Part shown: piece after piece, positions 1 through 9,867 of the stretch | Layout: each line of letters begins with the position of its first letter | How positions within the stretch are numbered: position 1 is the first letter of the stretch | Assembly: GCA_018664825.1 (NCBI GenBank) | Contig: JABJNO010000002.1 | Coordinates: forward strand, 14,068-78,067 | DNA length: 64,000 bases | Direction: 5' to 3' | DNA from: Candidatus Parcubacteria bacterium | GTDB taxonomy: Bacteria; Patescibacteriota; Patescibacteriia; UBA1558; GWA2-36-10 | Position numbers and translations under genes: made by a program | Notes under the pieces: model-generated | Databases searched by the model: none | The model's input: the letters and a program-made list of their open reading frames with translations, nothing else | What the model was told of the DNA's origin: nothing

Positions 1-1830
1 TTTGGGCACAGGAATAAAAGAAGCTCCTGAAAGGTATTTTCCGGTCAAAGATTTTTTGTTTTTTTTGATAGCCAACGGAGTACCTTCGGCCACAACCTTA
101 CCACCATGTTTACCGGCACCAGGCCCGATGTCTATAACATGATCAGATTCCAAAATAGTTTCTTCATCGTGTTCTACGACAATTACAGTGTTTCCCAGGT
201 CTCTTAAATTTTTTAATGTTTCAATAAGTCTATTATTGTCTCTCTGATGAAGACCAATAGAAGGTTCGTCCAAGATATACAAAACACCAGTAAGAGATGA
301 GCCAATTTGAGTAGCCAAACGAATACGTTGAGCTTCACCACCTGACAAAGTATTGGCTGATCTATCTATGGTCAAATAATTTAATCCTACATTAGCCAAA
401 AAATTGAGCCTTTCTCGAACTTCTCTCAATATCTGCTTGGCAATGATCATTTGTTGATTGGTCAGAGTCTTTGGTAGCTTGGTAAAAAAGCTCATTGCTT
501 CATCAATGTTCATTTCTACAATTTCGGCAATATTTTTATCAGTCACCTTGATGCTCAATATATTCTCTTTCAATCTTTTTCCCTTACATGTTTCACATAG
601 CTCTATCTTCATATAACGCTCAATCTCACTACGAATATAGTCCGAATCAGTCTCGCGATATCTTCTTTCAAGATTTGGGATTACACCCTCAAATTTTGTG
701 CTATAATCACCGTTGAATTTCGCACTATTATAATTTAGCTTGTACTCCTCATCGCCAGTACCATGCAAAATAATATCTAGATTTTTTTTGCTGAGTTTAC
801 TTACTGCTACGCGATTAGAAAATTTGTGTTTCTTTGAAACACCATCCAAAATAGCGGCATACCAACCCTGATTGGCAGCAGTTCTTGACCAAGGACGGAT
901 AGCTCCTTCGGCTAGGGCTAGATTTTTGTTTGGAATCACCAACCCTGGATCAATAGTAAGCTTGGTGCCAAGACCTGTACAATCAGGACAGGCTCCGTGA
1001 GGACTATTGAAAGAAAAATTTCTAGCTTCTATTTCTGGAAAATTTATTTCACTATGCTCTGGACAAGTAAACTGCTCACTAAAAGCAATGTCTTCGTTTT
1101 TCTTTGGTATGTGTACTACTACATAACTATTTCCCATATCCAAGCATACTTCCAAAGACTGCAGGAGGCGACTCTTGGTCTCACGAGTACCATCTCTACG
1201 CAGGCGATCTATCACTACTTCGATAGTGTGCTTTTTATATTTATCCAAATCTACATCAAGAGCCTCTTCTAGAGTAATTAGATCACCATCTAGCCTGACT
1301 CTTTTGTAACCAGCTATCTGGACACGCTCTAGGGCCTTTTTGTGCTCTCCTTTTTTATCTCGGACAATAGGAGCTAGCAACATAAACTCAGTTTCTGCTG
1401 GTAGGCGCCAAATTTTTTCTACTATTTGTTGCTGAGTTTGTTTGACTACCGCCTTACCACACTTGTAGCAATAAGGTACGCCAATCTTTGCAAATAATAA
1501 TCTAAGATAATCATAAATCTCTGTAACTGTACCGACGGTAGAGCGAGGATTTCTAGAAGATGATTTTTGATCTATAGAAATAGCTGGAGATAATCCATCT
1601 ATTTGTTCTACATCTGGCTTATCCATCAAACCCAAAAACTGCCGAGCATAAGAAGATAATGATTCAACATATCTCCTCTGCCCCTCGGCATAAATAGTAT
1701 CAAAGGCAAGTGATGATTTTCCCGAGCCAGACAAACCAGTAATCACAACTAGCTTATCGCGAGGGATCTTTACATCAACATTTTTAAGATTATGTACTGC
1801 TGCACCTTTGATAGTAATAAATTTTGGCAT
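1..1830 (-). CDS. uvrA: Excinuclease ABC subunit A (UvrA), N-terminal ~610 aa; the 3' part of the gene lies beyond the window start
   Basis: The reverse-strand translation starts [65 protein letters not shown], which is the UvrA N-terminal Walker A region. Zinc-finger Cys pairs and ABC signature regions follow. The ATG is at 1828-1830 on the complement strand and the ORF runs off the window at position 1. Confidence 0.9.
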   Translation of the reverse strand, partial: MPKFITIKGAAVHNLKNVDVKIPRDKLVVITGLSGSGKSSLAFDTIYAEGQRRYVESLSSYARQFLGLMDKPDVEQIDGLSPAISIDQKSSSRNPRSTVGTVTEIYDYLRLLFAKIGVPYCYKCGKAVVKQTQQQIVEKIWRLPAETEFMLLAPIVRDKKGEHKKALERVQIAGYKRVRLDGDLITLEEALDVDLDKYKKHTIEVVIDRLRRDGTRETKSRLLQSLEVCLDMGNSYVVVHIPKKNEDIAFSEQFTCPEHSEINFPEIEARNFSFNSPHGACPDCTGLGTKLTIDPGLVIPNKNLALAEGAIRPWSRTAANQGWYAAILDGVSKKHKFSNRVAVSKLSKKNLDIILHGTGDEEYKLNYNSAKFNGDYSTKFEGVIPNLERRYRETDSDYIRSEIERYMKIELCETCKGKRLKENILSIKVTDKNIAEIVEMNIDEAMSFFTKLPKTLTNQQMIIAKQILREVRERLNFLANVGLNYLTIDRSANTLSGGEAQRIRLATQIGSSLTGVLYILDEPSIGLHQRDNNRLIETLKNLRDLGNTVIVVEHDEETILESDHVIDIGPGAGKHGGKVVAEGTPLAIKKNKKSLTGKYLSGASFIPVPK

Positions 1831-1948
1831 AGAGTTTTGTTTCTTAATTTTTGAAAACACTAATCTTGAACATGGTATCATAGAAAAGTTGAGCAGTCAA
1901 TCCCTAACATTGCTAGCTCTCGAATGCTTTGCTATATTTAAGCCATGA

Positions 1949-2025
1949 ACCCCGTTAGAAATTTACGAAAATATTCTTTGTGGGGTGATTGGATAAACTA
2001 TTTTACTATTAATTTCTAACGGGGT
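1949..2025. repeat. Perfect 15-bp inverted repeat (accccgttagaaatt ... aatttctaacggggt) with a 47-nt spacer, in the uvrA/uvrC divergent region; the 3' arm overlaps the uvrC GTG start
   Basis: Arms at 1949-1963 and 2011-2025 are exact reverse complements. Confidence 0.7.
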
Positions 2026-3601
2026 GAAACCAAATTTTAATAAAATCACAACTCAACCTGGAATATACTTTTTCCTCAATAAAAACGGGGATATTATTTA
2101 TATTGGTAAAGCCAAAAATATATTTAAACGAGTAAAGTCATATTGGCAAAAAGGATCCGAACTGACCGAGCAAAAACAACAGATGGTCAGTGAAATAAGC
2201 AAGGTCCAATTTACCGTTGTTGATAATGAAACCGAAAGCTTACTTCTCGAAGCATCACAAATAAAAAAATATCAACCAAAATATAACATCGTTTTAAAAG
2301 ATGATAAAAATTGGGGTTACATAGTAATCCTGGACGAGCCCTTTCCTAGGATAGTAGTCACCCATGGACGTCAACGTAGAAAGGGACAACACTTTGGACC
2401 TTATACCTCTACTCTATCAGCTCGCACAACGGTTAGATTTTTACATCGTGTCTTGCCTCTGCGTACCTGCAACAGAAATTTATCTCACCTTCCCAAAGGA
2501 AAAATATGCCTAGAATATCACATGCACCGTTGTCCTGGTCCTTGCGAAAAACTAATCAACAATAATGATTATAAAAAAATAATAGACTCTGCCAAAAAAA
2601 TATTACGTGGCCAGACAAAAGACATAGAAAAAAATCTACGCACACAAATCAGTACTGCTAGTAAAAACAAAAATTTTGAGCTAGCCAATATAAAAAAGAA
2701 GCAACTAGCTGCCCTACAAAGGATAAAGCTCAAACAAAAAATAATCAGCCAGGTAAATATCAATCAAGACATAATCAACCTCAGTAGTATCGGACAAAAA
2801 ACCATCCTTACTTTGATGACTGTCCGCAAGGGAATACTTGGAGACAAATTTAATTTTACAATTGACAACAAACTAAGCCTTCCTGACAAAGAAATATTCC
2901 AAAATTTTATCAACCAGTTTTATACTCACAAAGCTGATTTGCCAAAAAATATTATCCTGCCAACCAAAATAAACAAAAATCAAACACTCTTGGAGAAAAA
3001 TATAAAAATAATACTACCGCAAAGAGGAAAAAATAAAGACTTACTCGCTTTGGTCAAAAAAAATGCCGACCTGGTCGCTGATAGAATGTCTATAAATCCA
3101 AATATCAAAAAACTTTTATCTTTACAAAAACTTTTGAAGCTAAGTGGTTTCCCCAAACGAATAGAGGTATACGATATTTCAAATATATCAGGTGAACACG
3201 CCGTAGGCTCTATGGTGGTGTTCAATAATGGCCAAATTGACAGCGATCAATATCGTTTATTTAAAATAAAAGGAATACCTGGACCAAACGACGCTCATAT
3301 GATGGCCCAAGTTCTATCTCGTCGCAGCAAACATAGTGAGTGGACCACTCCTGATTTGATTATTTTGGATGGAGGAAAGCCACAACTAAACACCGTGATG
3401 CCCGTCTTACCAAAAAATTGGAAAAATAAAATAATAGCCTTGGCTAAAAAAGAAGAAGAAATATTTTTACCAGGCATAAAAAAATCCCTAAAACTAACTA
3501 AAAGTAACCCCATTTCACTGATGTTGCAAAATATGCGTAATCAAGCTCACAAGTTTGCTATCAAAAACTACCGTAAGCAACATCAAAAAAACTGGTTATA
3601 A
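2024..3601 (+). CDS. uvrC: Excinuclease ABC subunit C (UvrC), short form with GIY-YIG and RNase H-like domains; GTG start
   Basis: The N-terminus carries a GIY-YIG motif (GIYFFLNKNGDIIYIGKAKNIFKRVKSYW). ITTQPGIY aligns with the UvrC N-terminus. At 525 aa the protein probably lacks the C-terminal HhH pair. Confidence 0.85.
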   Translation: MKPNFNKITTQPGIYFFLNKNGDIIYIGKAKNIFKRVKSYWQKGSELTEQKQQMVSEISKVQFTVVDNETESLLLEASQIKKYQPKYNIVLKDDKNWGYIVILDEPFPRIVVTHGRQRRKGQHFGPYTSTLSARTTVRFLHRVLPLRTCNRNLSHLPKGKICLEYHMHRCPGPCEKLINNNDYKKIIDSAKKILRGQTKDIEKNLRTQISTASKNKNFELANIKKKQLAALQRIKLKQKIISQVNINQDIINLSSIGQKTILTLMTVRKGILGDKFNFTIDNKLSLPDKEIFQNFINQFYTHKADLPKNIILPTKINKNQTLLEKNIKIILPQRGKNKDLLALVKKNADLVADRMSINPNIKKLLSLQKLLKLSGFPKRIEVYDISNISGEHAVGSMVVFNNGQIDSDQYRLFKIKGIPGPNDAHMMAQVLSRRSKHSEWTTPDLIILDGGKPQLNTVMPVLPKNWKNKIIALAKKEEEIFLPGIKKSLKLTKSNPISLMLQNMRNQAHKFAIKNYRKQHQKNWL

Positions 3602-3679
3602 TGCCAATATCACCCCTTCTGCACCCAAGACTTAAAGCATCTATACTTTCTACTTCATATTTAGCTTATACCTACTATC

Positions 3680-3708
3680 TTGACAAAAAGACTCCATACT
3701 GCTAGTAT
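3680..3708 (+). promoter_or_regulatory. Sigma70-like promoter for secG (TTGACA-17-TAGTAT)
   Basis: TTGACA at 3680-3685 and TAGTAT at 3703-3708. Confidence 0.4.
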
Positions 3709-3734
3709 GTAGTAGTTATTATCTACTATTACAA

Positions 3735-3953
3735 ATGAAAAACATTTTAAACATTATCCAGATTGTTATTTCTATTCTGTTGATTATTACTGTTTTGATG
3801 CAGCAAAAAGGATCAGGATTAGGAAGTGCTTTTGGTGGAGACTCCGCTGTCTATCGCACCAAAAGAGGAGCTGAAAAATTTATCTTTCGTCTTACTATAG
3901 CATTAGCTATCCTATTTTTAGCTACTGCATTAGCTAGCATTTTTGTTAGCTAA
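3735..3953 (+). CDS. secG: Preprotein translocase subunit SecG
   Basis: 72-aa protein with two TM segments and the SecG glycine-rich loop (QQKGSGLGSAFGG). Confidence 0.75.
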   Translation: MKNILNIIQIVISILLIITVLMQQKGSGLGSAFGGDSAVYRTKRGAEKFIFRLTIALAILFLATALASIFVS

Positions 3954-4010
3954 ACCTAATTATTTAAAACCACAGTTATAAGGTTTTACTCTGAAATAAT
4001 TAAGAAAGGG

Positions 4011-5849
4011 TTGTCTTTAATTGAAAGAAAAACGCGTTTTTTAGGTGTTAAATTTTATAGTTGGTTCAAAAAAACCAAAAACACCCTTGTCCAGCCCGAA
4101 GAAAAAGATATAAATCAACAATTGATATTGAAATTAAATAAAAAGAAAATGCCTAGCTTTTCCCAAATAAGGCAATTACCAAAGTTTTTAAATAAAATAG
4201 AAAAATTCCAATTGATAGTAGCGCTAGTTATATTATTGGTAGCTAGTTTTACTATCGGTTGGCGTTTTTGGCTCACTCAATCAACTCCCATACCAAAAGC
4301 CGGCGGTACTTATACCGAAGGGATGATTGGAGCGCCCAGTTATGTAAACCCTATTTTGGCTACATCTGATGTAGACCGAGATTTGGTCAAACTCATCTTC
4401 TCAGGTTTGATGAAATTTGATGAACAAGGCCAACTTGTTGAAGATTTGGCTTTAGGATACAGAATAGACGCTGAACAAACTACTTATACTTTTGAATTGA
4501 AAGATGGCTTACGTTGGCACGACGGCACTCCTTTGATTGCTGATGATATTATTTTTACTATCAATAGTATAAAAAACCCTGAGTATAGTAGCCCTTTAAA
4601 AAATAGTTTTAGTGGGGTCAGTGTACACAAAATAAATGACAAAACTATTCAATTTAAATTGGAAAAGCCTTTTGCGCCTTTCTTGTCTATCTTGACGGTC
4701 GGTATCATACCAGAACATCTTTGGTATAGTACACCAGCTTTATCAGTGGCACTATCTCCTATCAACACTCGCCCTATTGGCAGTGGACCTTATCAGTTTA
4801 AAGCTTTGACTCGAGATGGTAGCGGTATTGTTAGAAATTATACTTTAGAATCTTACCCTGACTATCATCTAGTCCCAGCTTATATCTCTGAGCTTCATTT
4901 CAAATTCTATCCTGACTTTGATACAGGAGCAGCTGCCCTACAAAATAAAAATGTGGATGGCTTGGTCTACTTACCAAAGGAATACAAAGAAGAGCTTGTC
5001 AAAAATAAAAAAATTACTTTACACAATCTACAATTCCCTCAATACACTGCTATATTTTTTAACCCAAAAAATAACGAACTTCTGGCAGACGCCGATATTC
5101 GAAAAGCCTTGGCTTTGAGTGTAGATAAACAAAGAATTTTAACTGAAGTATTGAATGGCGATGGACAAATCTCAAATGCGCCCATACTACCTGGTATGAT
5201 TGGCCACGATGAGAACATAAAAGCTCCTGACCTCAATATTGAAGAAGCTAATAATATTCTTGAAGAATTAGGCTGGAAATACGAAGGTGAAAATGATTTT
5301 AGAACCAAAGGTGAAGAAGACGAAAAAACAGAACTCAGTATCAAACTAACTACTGTGGCCCAATCTGAAAATTCTAAAACAGTAGAAATAATCAAAGAAG
5401 GCTGGAAAAGTATTGGTGTAAAAACTGAAATAGACACTATCACCAAAGATAAAATCAAAAAAGATGTAATTGAACCTCGTAATTACCAAGCCCTGTTGTT
5501 TGGCGAAGTGATAAATATCAATTCTGGACTTTATCCATTTTGGCACTCAACTCAAAATGCTCATCCAGGGCTAAATTTGAGTGTCATGGCAAACAAAGAT
5601 GTTGATCAATATCTAGAAGATGCCTTAGCTGCCAAAACTAACGAAGAAAAAATAGAACCATTGAAGAAATTCCAAGAAAAATTACTAGAGTTAAACTTTG
5701 CTATATTTTTATACAACCCTACATATACTTACCCTACAGCCAGCAAGCTATACGGATTGGATAGTCTCCAATTTATAAACTTGCCAGCTGATCGTTTTAA
5801 CAATATAAATTCTTGGTATCTAAAAACCAAAAGAATTATATCTCGTTAA
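4011..5849 (+). CDS. ABC transporter substrate-binding protein, family 5 (peptide/nickel type), N-terminally membrane-anchored; TTG start
   Basis: An N-terminal TM anchor is followed by an SBP_bac_5-like body (KAGGTYTEGMIGAPSYVNPILA..., PYQFKALTRDGSG). No permease or ATPase genes are adjacent. Confidence 0.65.
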   Translation: MSLIERKTRFLGVKFYSWFKKTKNTLVQPEEKDINQQLILKLNKKKMPSFSQIRQLPKFLNKIEKFQLIVALVILLVASFTIGWRFWLTQSTPIPKAGGTYTEGMIGAPSYVNPILATSDVDRDLVKLIFSGLMKFDEQGQLVEDLALGYRIDAEQTTYTFELKDGLRWHDGTPLIADDIIFTINSIKNPEYSSPLKNSFSGVSVHKINDKTIQFKLEKPFAPFLSILTVGIIPEHLWYSTPALSVALSPINTRPIGSGPYQFKALTRDGSGIVRNYTLESYPDYHLVPAYISELHFKFYPDFDTGAAALQNKNVDGLVYLPKEYKEELVKNKKITLHNLQFPQYTAIFFNPKNNELLADADIRKALALSVDKQRILTEVLNGDGQISNAPILPGMIGHDENIKAPDLNIEEANNILEELGWKYEGENDFRTKGEEDEKTELSIKLTTVAQSENSKTVEIIKEGWKSIGVKTEIDTITKDKIKKDVIEPRNYQALLFGEVININSGLYPFWHSTQNAHPGLNLSVMANKDVDQYLEDALAAKTNEEKIEPLKKFQEKLLELNFAIFLYNPTYTYPTASKLYGLDSLQFINLPADRFNNINSWYLKTKRIISR

Positions 5850-5880
5850 ACAAAATTAATTATTAATCTGTTATTGATTT

Positions 5881-7842
5881 ATGAACGCAATGAAAGATTC
5901 AACTGACAAATTATTGTCATCACCTGGTGCCGGTGGAAAAAGCAAAAAATCTAAAAATTCTTTTAGAAAAAAACGTGCTCCCCACACAAAACCAGCTACT
6001 CAGGTAGCCAGACCGACGGTCAAGGCAAATGCTGCTACAAAAAGAAATGCAAAAAAAGCAGTGAGTAGAACCAATGCTACCAATGCAAAGAAAAAACAAG
6101 CATACGGAAAAAAGACAAATTCAAGGTCCGAACTAAAAGGCCCATTAAAGGTTGCCAGTAAGGCTCCTGCCCTGGGCACAGGTAAACTACGCGTTATACC
6201 TATTGGAGGATGCGAAGAAGTTGGACGTAATATGACTGTTTTTGAATATGGCAATGATATAATCATCGTTGACATGGGCCTACAATGGCCCGAAGAAGAT
6301 ATGCCTGGTATTGATTATATTATTCCCAATGCCCACTATCTAAAAGGAAAAGAAAAAAAGATTCGTGGTGTAATCATCACCCATGGACATTACGACCATA
6401 TTGGTGCCATCCCCCATTTGGCTCCAATACTCGGTAATCCAACTATCTATGGTACTCCTCTGACTTTGGGGATTATTGCCAAAAGACAAGAGGACTACAA
6501 AGGTCAAAAGGCTTTACGCCTAAAATCTATTACCGCTAACAATAAACTACAATTAGGTAAATTTAAAATTAGCTTTTTTGGTGTAAGTCACAATATTCCT
6601 GGCTCACTAGGTGTAGTCATTGATACTCCAAATGGTAAAATAGTCCACACCGGAGACTTCAAGCTTGATGCCAAGGCTTCTGGGGATGCCCCAACTGAAA
6701 TGGCCAAGATAAAAGCTCTTGGAAAACAAAATATTTTGGCTCTGATGTCTGATAGTACAAATGCCCCCCAAACAGGACACCAACTTACCGAAGGAGATAT
6801 TCAAACAAATATAGATGAGCTCCTAGGTCAGGCTCCTGGTAGAATTATTGTAGGTACCTTTGCTTCACTATTGGGTAGAATCCAACAAATCATTTGGGCA
6901 GCTGAGAAAATAAACAAAAAGGTAATCATCGAAGGATTTGGCATGAAACGTAATGTTGAGCTAGCCTTACAACTTGGTTATATGAAAGTCAAAAAAGGAA
7001 CCATTATCCAAATCAAAGACATGAAAGATTATCCAGACAACAAGATTGTAATCATGTGTACTGGAGCTCAAGGCGAAGACAATGCTGTTCTGATGCGAAT
7101 CGCAAATGGTGAACACAGAAAGCTAAAAATATCAAAAGGAGATACTATTGTTTTCTCATCTTCAGTAATCCCCGGAAACGAAAGATCCGTCCAAAGACTC
7201 AAAGATGGTCTCTATCGCAAAGGAGCTGAAGTAGTCCACTACAAGATGATGGATGTCCATGCTGGTGGTCACGCTCGTCAAGAAGACTTGTTTGATATGA
7301 TAAAAATGGTTAAACCAAAATATCATATTCCGGTTTATGGAAATCATTCCTTTTTAAAAATTCATGGAAAAGTTGCCGAAAGAGCTGGCATTCCAGAAAA
7401 TAAAATTTTTATACCCGACAATGGACAAATTATAGAATTTGATAAAAACCGCCACGGCGAACTAACCAAACAAAAAGTTTCTTCTGAGTATGTTTTTGTA
7501 GATGGCTTGGGTGTTGGTGATATATCAAATATTGTTTTACGTGATAGACAGATGATGGCTGGTGACGGCATGGTAGTGGTGATTGCCACTATTTCAAAAA
7601 GTGGCCGTTTGATTCACTCACCTGATATCATTTCTCGTGGCTTTATCTATATGAGAGAAAATAAAGCTCTAGTAGAAACTATCCGTACTAAAATAAAAAA
7701 TATTGTAAATGACCACCATAAGACAAACTCACAAATAAATGATTCTTATATCAAGGATTCTTTACGAAATGAGATTGGTCAATTTATATTTAGCAAAACA
7801 AAGCGTAGACCAATGATATTACCAGTGATAATAGAAGTCTAA
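5881..7842 (+). CDS. rnj: Ribonuclease J (metallo-beta-lactamase/beta-CASP) with a ~110-aa lysine-rich N-terminal extension
   Basis: HGHYDHIG metallo-beta-lactamase motif and the overall RNase J layout. N-terminal residues 1-110 are K/A/T-rich low-complexity. Confidence 0.85.
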   Translation: MNAMKDSTDKLLSSPGAGGKSKKSKNSFRKKRAPHTKPATQVARPTVKANAATKRNAKKAVSRTNATNAKKKQAYGKKTNSRSELKGPLKVASKAPALGTGKLRVIPIGGCEEVGRNMTVFEYGNDIIIVDMGLQWPEEDMPGIDYIIPNAHYLKGKEKKIRGVIITHGHYDHIGAIPHLAPILGNPTIYGTPLTLGIIAKRQEDYKGQKALRLKSITANNKLQLGKFKISFFGVSHNIPGSLGVVIDTPNGKIVHTGDFKLDAKASGDAPTEMAKIKALGKQNILALMSDSTNAPQTGHQLTEGDIQTNIDELLGQAPGRIIVGTFASLLGRIQQIIWAAEKINKKVIIEGFGMKRNVELALQLGYMKVKKGTIIQIKDMKDYPDNKIVIMCTGAQGEDNAVLMRIANGEHRKLKISKGDTIVFSSSVIPGNERSVQRLKDGLYRKGAEVVHYKMMDVHAGGHARQEDLFDMIKMVKPKYHIPVYGNHSFLKIHGKVAERAGIPENKIFIPDNGQIIEFDKNRHGELTKQKVSSEYVFVDGLGVGDISNIVLRDRQMMAGDGMVVVIATISKSGRLIHSPDIISRGFIYMRENKALVETIRTKIKNIVNDHHKTNSQINDSYIKDSLRNEIGQFIFSKTKRRPMILPVIIEV

Positions 7843-7850
7843 AATAAAAA

Positions 7851-7877
7851 ACAGTCCTTTGGGGCTGTTTTTTATTT
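7851..7877 (+). terminator. Intrinsic terminator after rnj
   Basis: Hairpin acagtcc/gggctgt (7 bp, one G.U) followed by tttttt. Confidence 0.5.
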
Positions 7878-7879
7878 AG

Positions 7880-7908
7880 TTGACCCAAATGTTTTATTTA
7901 GATACAAT
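7880..7908 (+). promoter_or_regulatory. Sigma70-like promoter for trpS (TTGACC-17-TACAAT)
   Basis: TTGACC at 7880-7885, 17-nt spacer, TACAAT at 7903-7908, about 30 nt upstream of the trpS ATG. Confidence 0.5.
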
Positions 7909-7936
7909 AAAACAAGTATTATTTAATAAAATTGAT

Positions 7937-8893
7937 ATGAAAAAATTAGTTTCAGGTATAAAACCAACCGGCAAGCTGCACTTGGGAAATTATTTGGGAG
8001 CTATCAAAAATTGGGTAGCCTTACAAAATGAATACGAGTGTTATTATTTTATTGCTGATTACCACGCCCTCACCACCGAAATTTCAGCTAAAGAACTAAG
8101 TCAAAATACCTTTGACCTAGTGGTAGATCTTTTGGCTTTGGGCATAGACCCAAGCAAGGTTACTTTCTTTAAACAATCAGATGTAATCGGACATACTGAG
8201 CTTGGCTGGGTTTTTAATTGCTTGACTCCGGTCTCAGAGCTACAGCGCATGACTCAGTTCAAAGACAAGTCAGGTGATCAATCAGCCAACATCAATGCTG
8301 GTCTACTTACTTATCCTGCCTTACAGGCTTCTGACATCTTACTTTATAAAGGTGAGGTAGTGCCTGTTGGGGAAGATCAATTGCAACATCTAGAATTGAC
8401 CAGAATTGTAGCCAGAAAATTTAACAACCGATATGACGATTATTTTCCAAAGATAGAGCCAATAGTATCCCATGCTGCCCGAGTAATGTCACTCAATAAT
8501 CCAGAGAAAAAAATGAGTAAATCTTTGGGAGATCAAAGTTATATAGCAATTCGCGAAACCGAAGATGATGTCAGAAAAAAAATTAAAAAAGCTATTTCTG
8601 ATAAAACTGGTGTTGAAAATTTACTTGAGCTTTATTTGTACTTTGGTGATAAAGAAAAACACCAAAAAATGTCTGAGGATGCCAAACTAGACAAATTGAT
8701 GAATTCTGAACTAAAAGAAGCATTAACAAAATCAATATTGGATTTCTTGAAACCTATCCAAGAAAAAATAAAAAACTACGAACAAAATCCTGACAAAGTT
8801 TATAAGATTCTAGCAGATGGAGCCGCCAAGGCCCAGCAAACTGCTGACAAAACTTTACTTGAAGTAAAAAAGATCGTTGGATTAAAAAAATAA
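7937..8893 (+). CDS. trpS: Tryptophanyl-tRNA synthetase
   Basis: Class I aaRS with HIGH-like KPTGKLHLGNYLGA and a KMSKS motif. The start is taken at the internal ATG (MKKLVSGIKPTG), downstream of the promoter above. Confidence 0.85.
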   Translation: MKKLVSGIKPTGKLHLGNYLGAIKNWVALQNEYECYYFIADYHALTTEISAKELSQNTFDLVVDLLALGIDPSKVTFFKQSDVIGHTELGWVFNCLTPVSELQRMTQFKDKSGDQSANINAGLLTYPALQASDILLYKGEVVPVGEDQLQHLELTRIVARKFNNRYDDYFPKIEPIVSHAARVMSLNNPEKKMSKSLGDQSYIAIRETEDDVRKKIKKAISDKTGVENLLELYLYFGDKEKHQKMSEDAKLDKLMNSELKEALTKSILDFLKPIQEKIKNYEQNPDKVYKILADGAAKAQQTADKTLLEVKKIVGLKK

Positions 8894-8941
8894 TTTTACA
8901 AAACAAAAAACCGTCTCTAGTGGGCGGTTTTTTTGTTTATA

Positions 8942-9862
8942 TTAGCTTACAGATTTGATAGCTTTTTTCAAAACTTTTGCAGAATTTTTGAATAGCACCT
9001 GCTCTTCTTTGGATAATTCCAAGGGCAGTGTTTCTGCAATACCTTTTCTGCCAACTATGGCTGGTGTAGACAGACAAACATCTTTGACGCCATAAATATT
9101 TTCTATCAAGTGTGAAACTGGTAAGATTATTCGCTTATCATGTAATATTGCCTTGATCACATATGAAGCAGCTGAGCCAATACCATAATAAGTGGACTGT
9201 TTGCCAGCGATAATAGCATAGGCCGCATTCTTTGTTTGTTCAAATATTTTTTGCTGATCTTTTTTGTTAAAATTTGGATGTTCAAGCAATTTGGAATTAC
9301 CAATTCTAGCTGTACTCCAAACTGGAAACTCACTATCACCATGCTCTCCCATGATATAAGCATGGATACTCTTGGCATTGATGTTCAATTTTTGGCTAAG
9401 TAGATGTCTAAAACGAGCAGAATCAAGAGTTGTTCCGCTACCCATGATTTGATATTTCTTTTTAGGATACATTTTGATAGCCGCATAAGTCAAAACGTCT
9501 ACTGGATTCGTAATCATCAAAACGACTATATTTGGGTTGGCCTTAAAAATTTGAGGCATTATTTCCCGAATAATCTTGGTATTTTTTTCTATCAAATCCA
9601 AGCGTGTCTCACCTGGTTTTTGAGCAGCCCCGCAAGTAATCACCACCACACCACTATCGCGACAATCATTGTAGGTGCCAACTTTTACATTTGTCTTTTT
9701 TGTAAATGGCACTGCGTGTTGCAAATCCATCACTTGAGCTTTTGCTAGTTTTTTGTTGAGATCAACTATAGCAATTTCTTCGGCACTGTCTTGAGTCACT
9801 AGGCTATATGCTAATGTAGAGCCAACCATACCAGCTCCAATAATCGTTACTTTGTTCTTCAT
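8942..9862 (-). CDS. ldh: L-lactate/malate dehydrogenase family (probably L-lactate dehydrogenase)
   Basis: N-terminal Rossmann motif VTIIGAGMVGSTLAYSL and LDH-like length (306 aa). Confidence 0.75.
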   Translation of the reverse strand: MKNKVTIIGAGMVGSTLAYSLVTQDSAEEIAIVDLNKKLAKAQVMDLQHAVPFTKKTNVKVGTYNDCRDSGVVVITCGAAQKPGETRLDLIEKNTKIIREIMPQIFKANPNIVVLMITNPVDVLTYAAIKMYPKKKYQIMGSGTTLDSARFRHLLSQKLNINAKSIHAYIMGEHGDSEFPVWSTARIGNSKLLEHPNFNKKDQQKIFEQTKNAAYAIIAGKQSTYYGIGSAASYVIKAILHDKRIILPVSHLIENIYGVKDVCLSTPAIVGRKGIAETLPLELSKEEQVLFKNSAKVLKKAIKSVS

Positions 9863-9867
9863 ATATT

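Noticed and set aside
1960-1985. Possible LexA/Cheo box (cgaaaatattct) in the uvrA/uvrC intergenic loop.
   Set aside because: It matches GAAC-N4-GTTC at only about half the positions and is not a CTGT-N8-ACAG box either.
8909-8936. Terminator between trpS and ldh.
   Set aside because: There is only a 4-5-bp stem with an 11-nt loop. A- and T-runs flank it, but the hairpin is too weak to call confidently.
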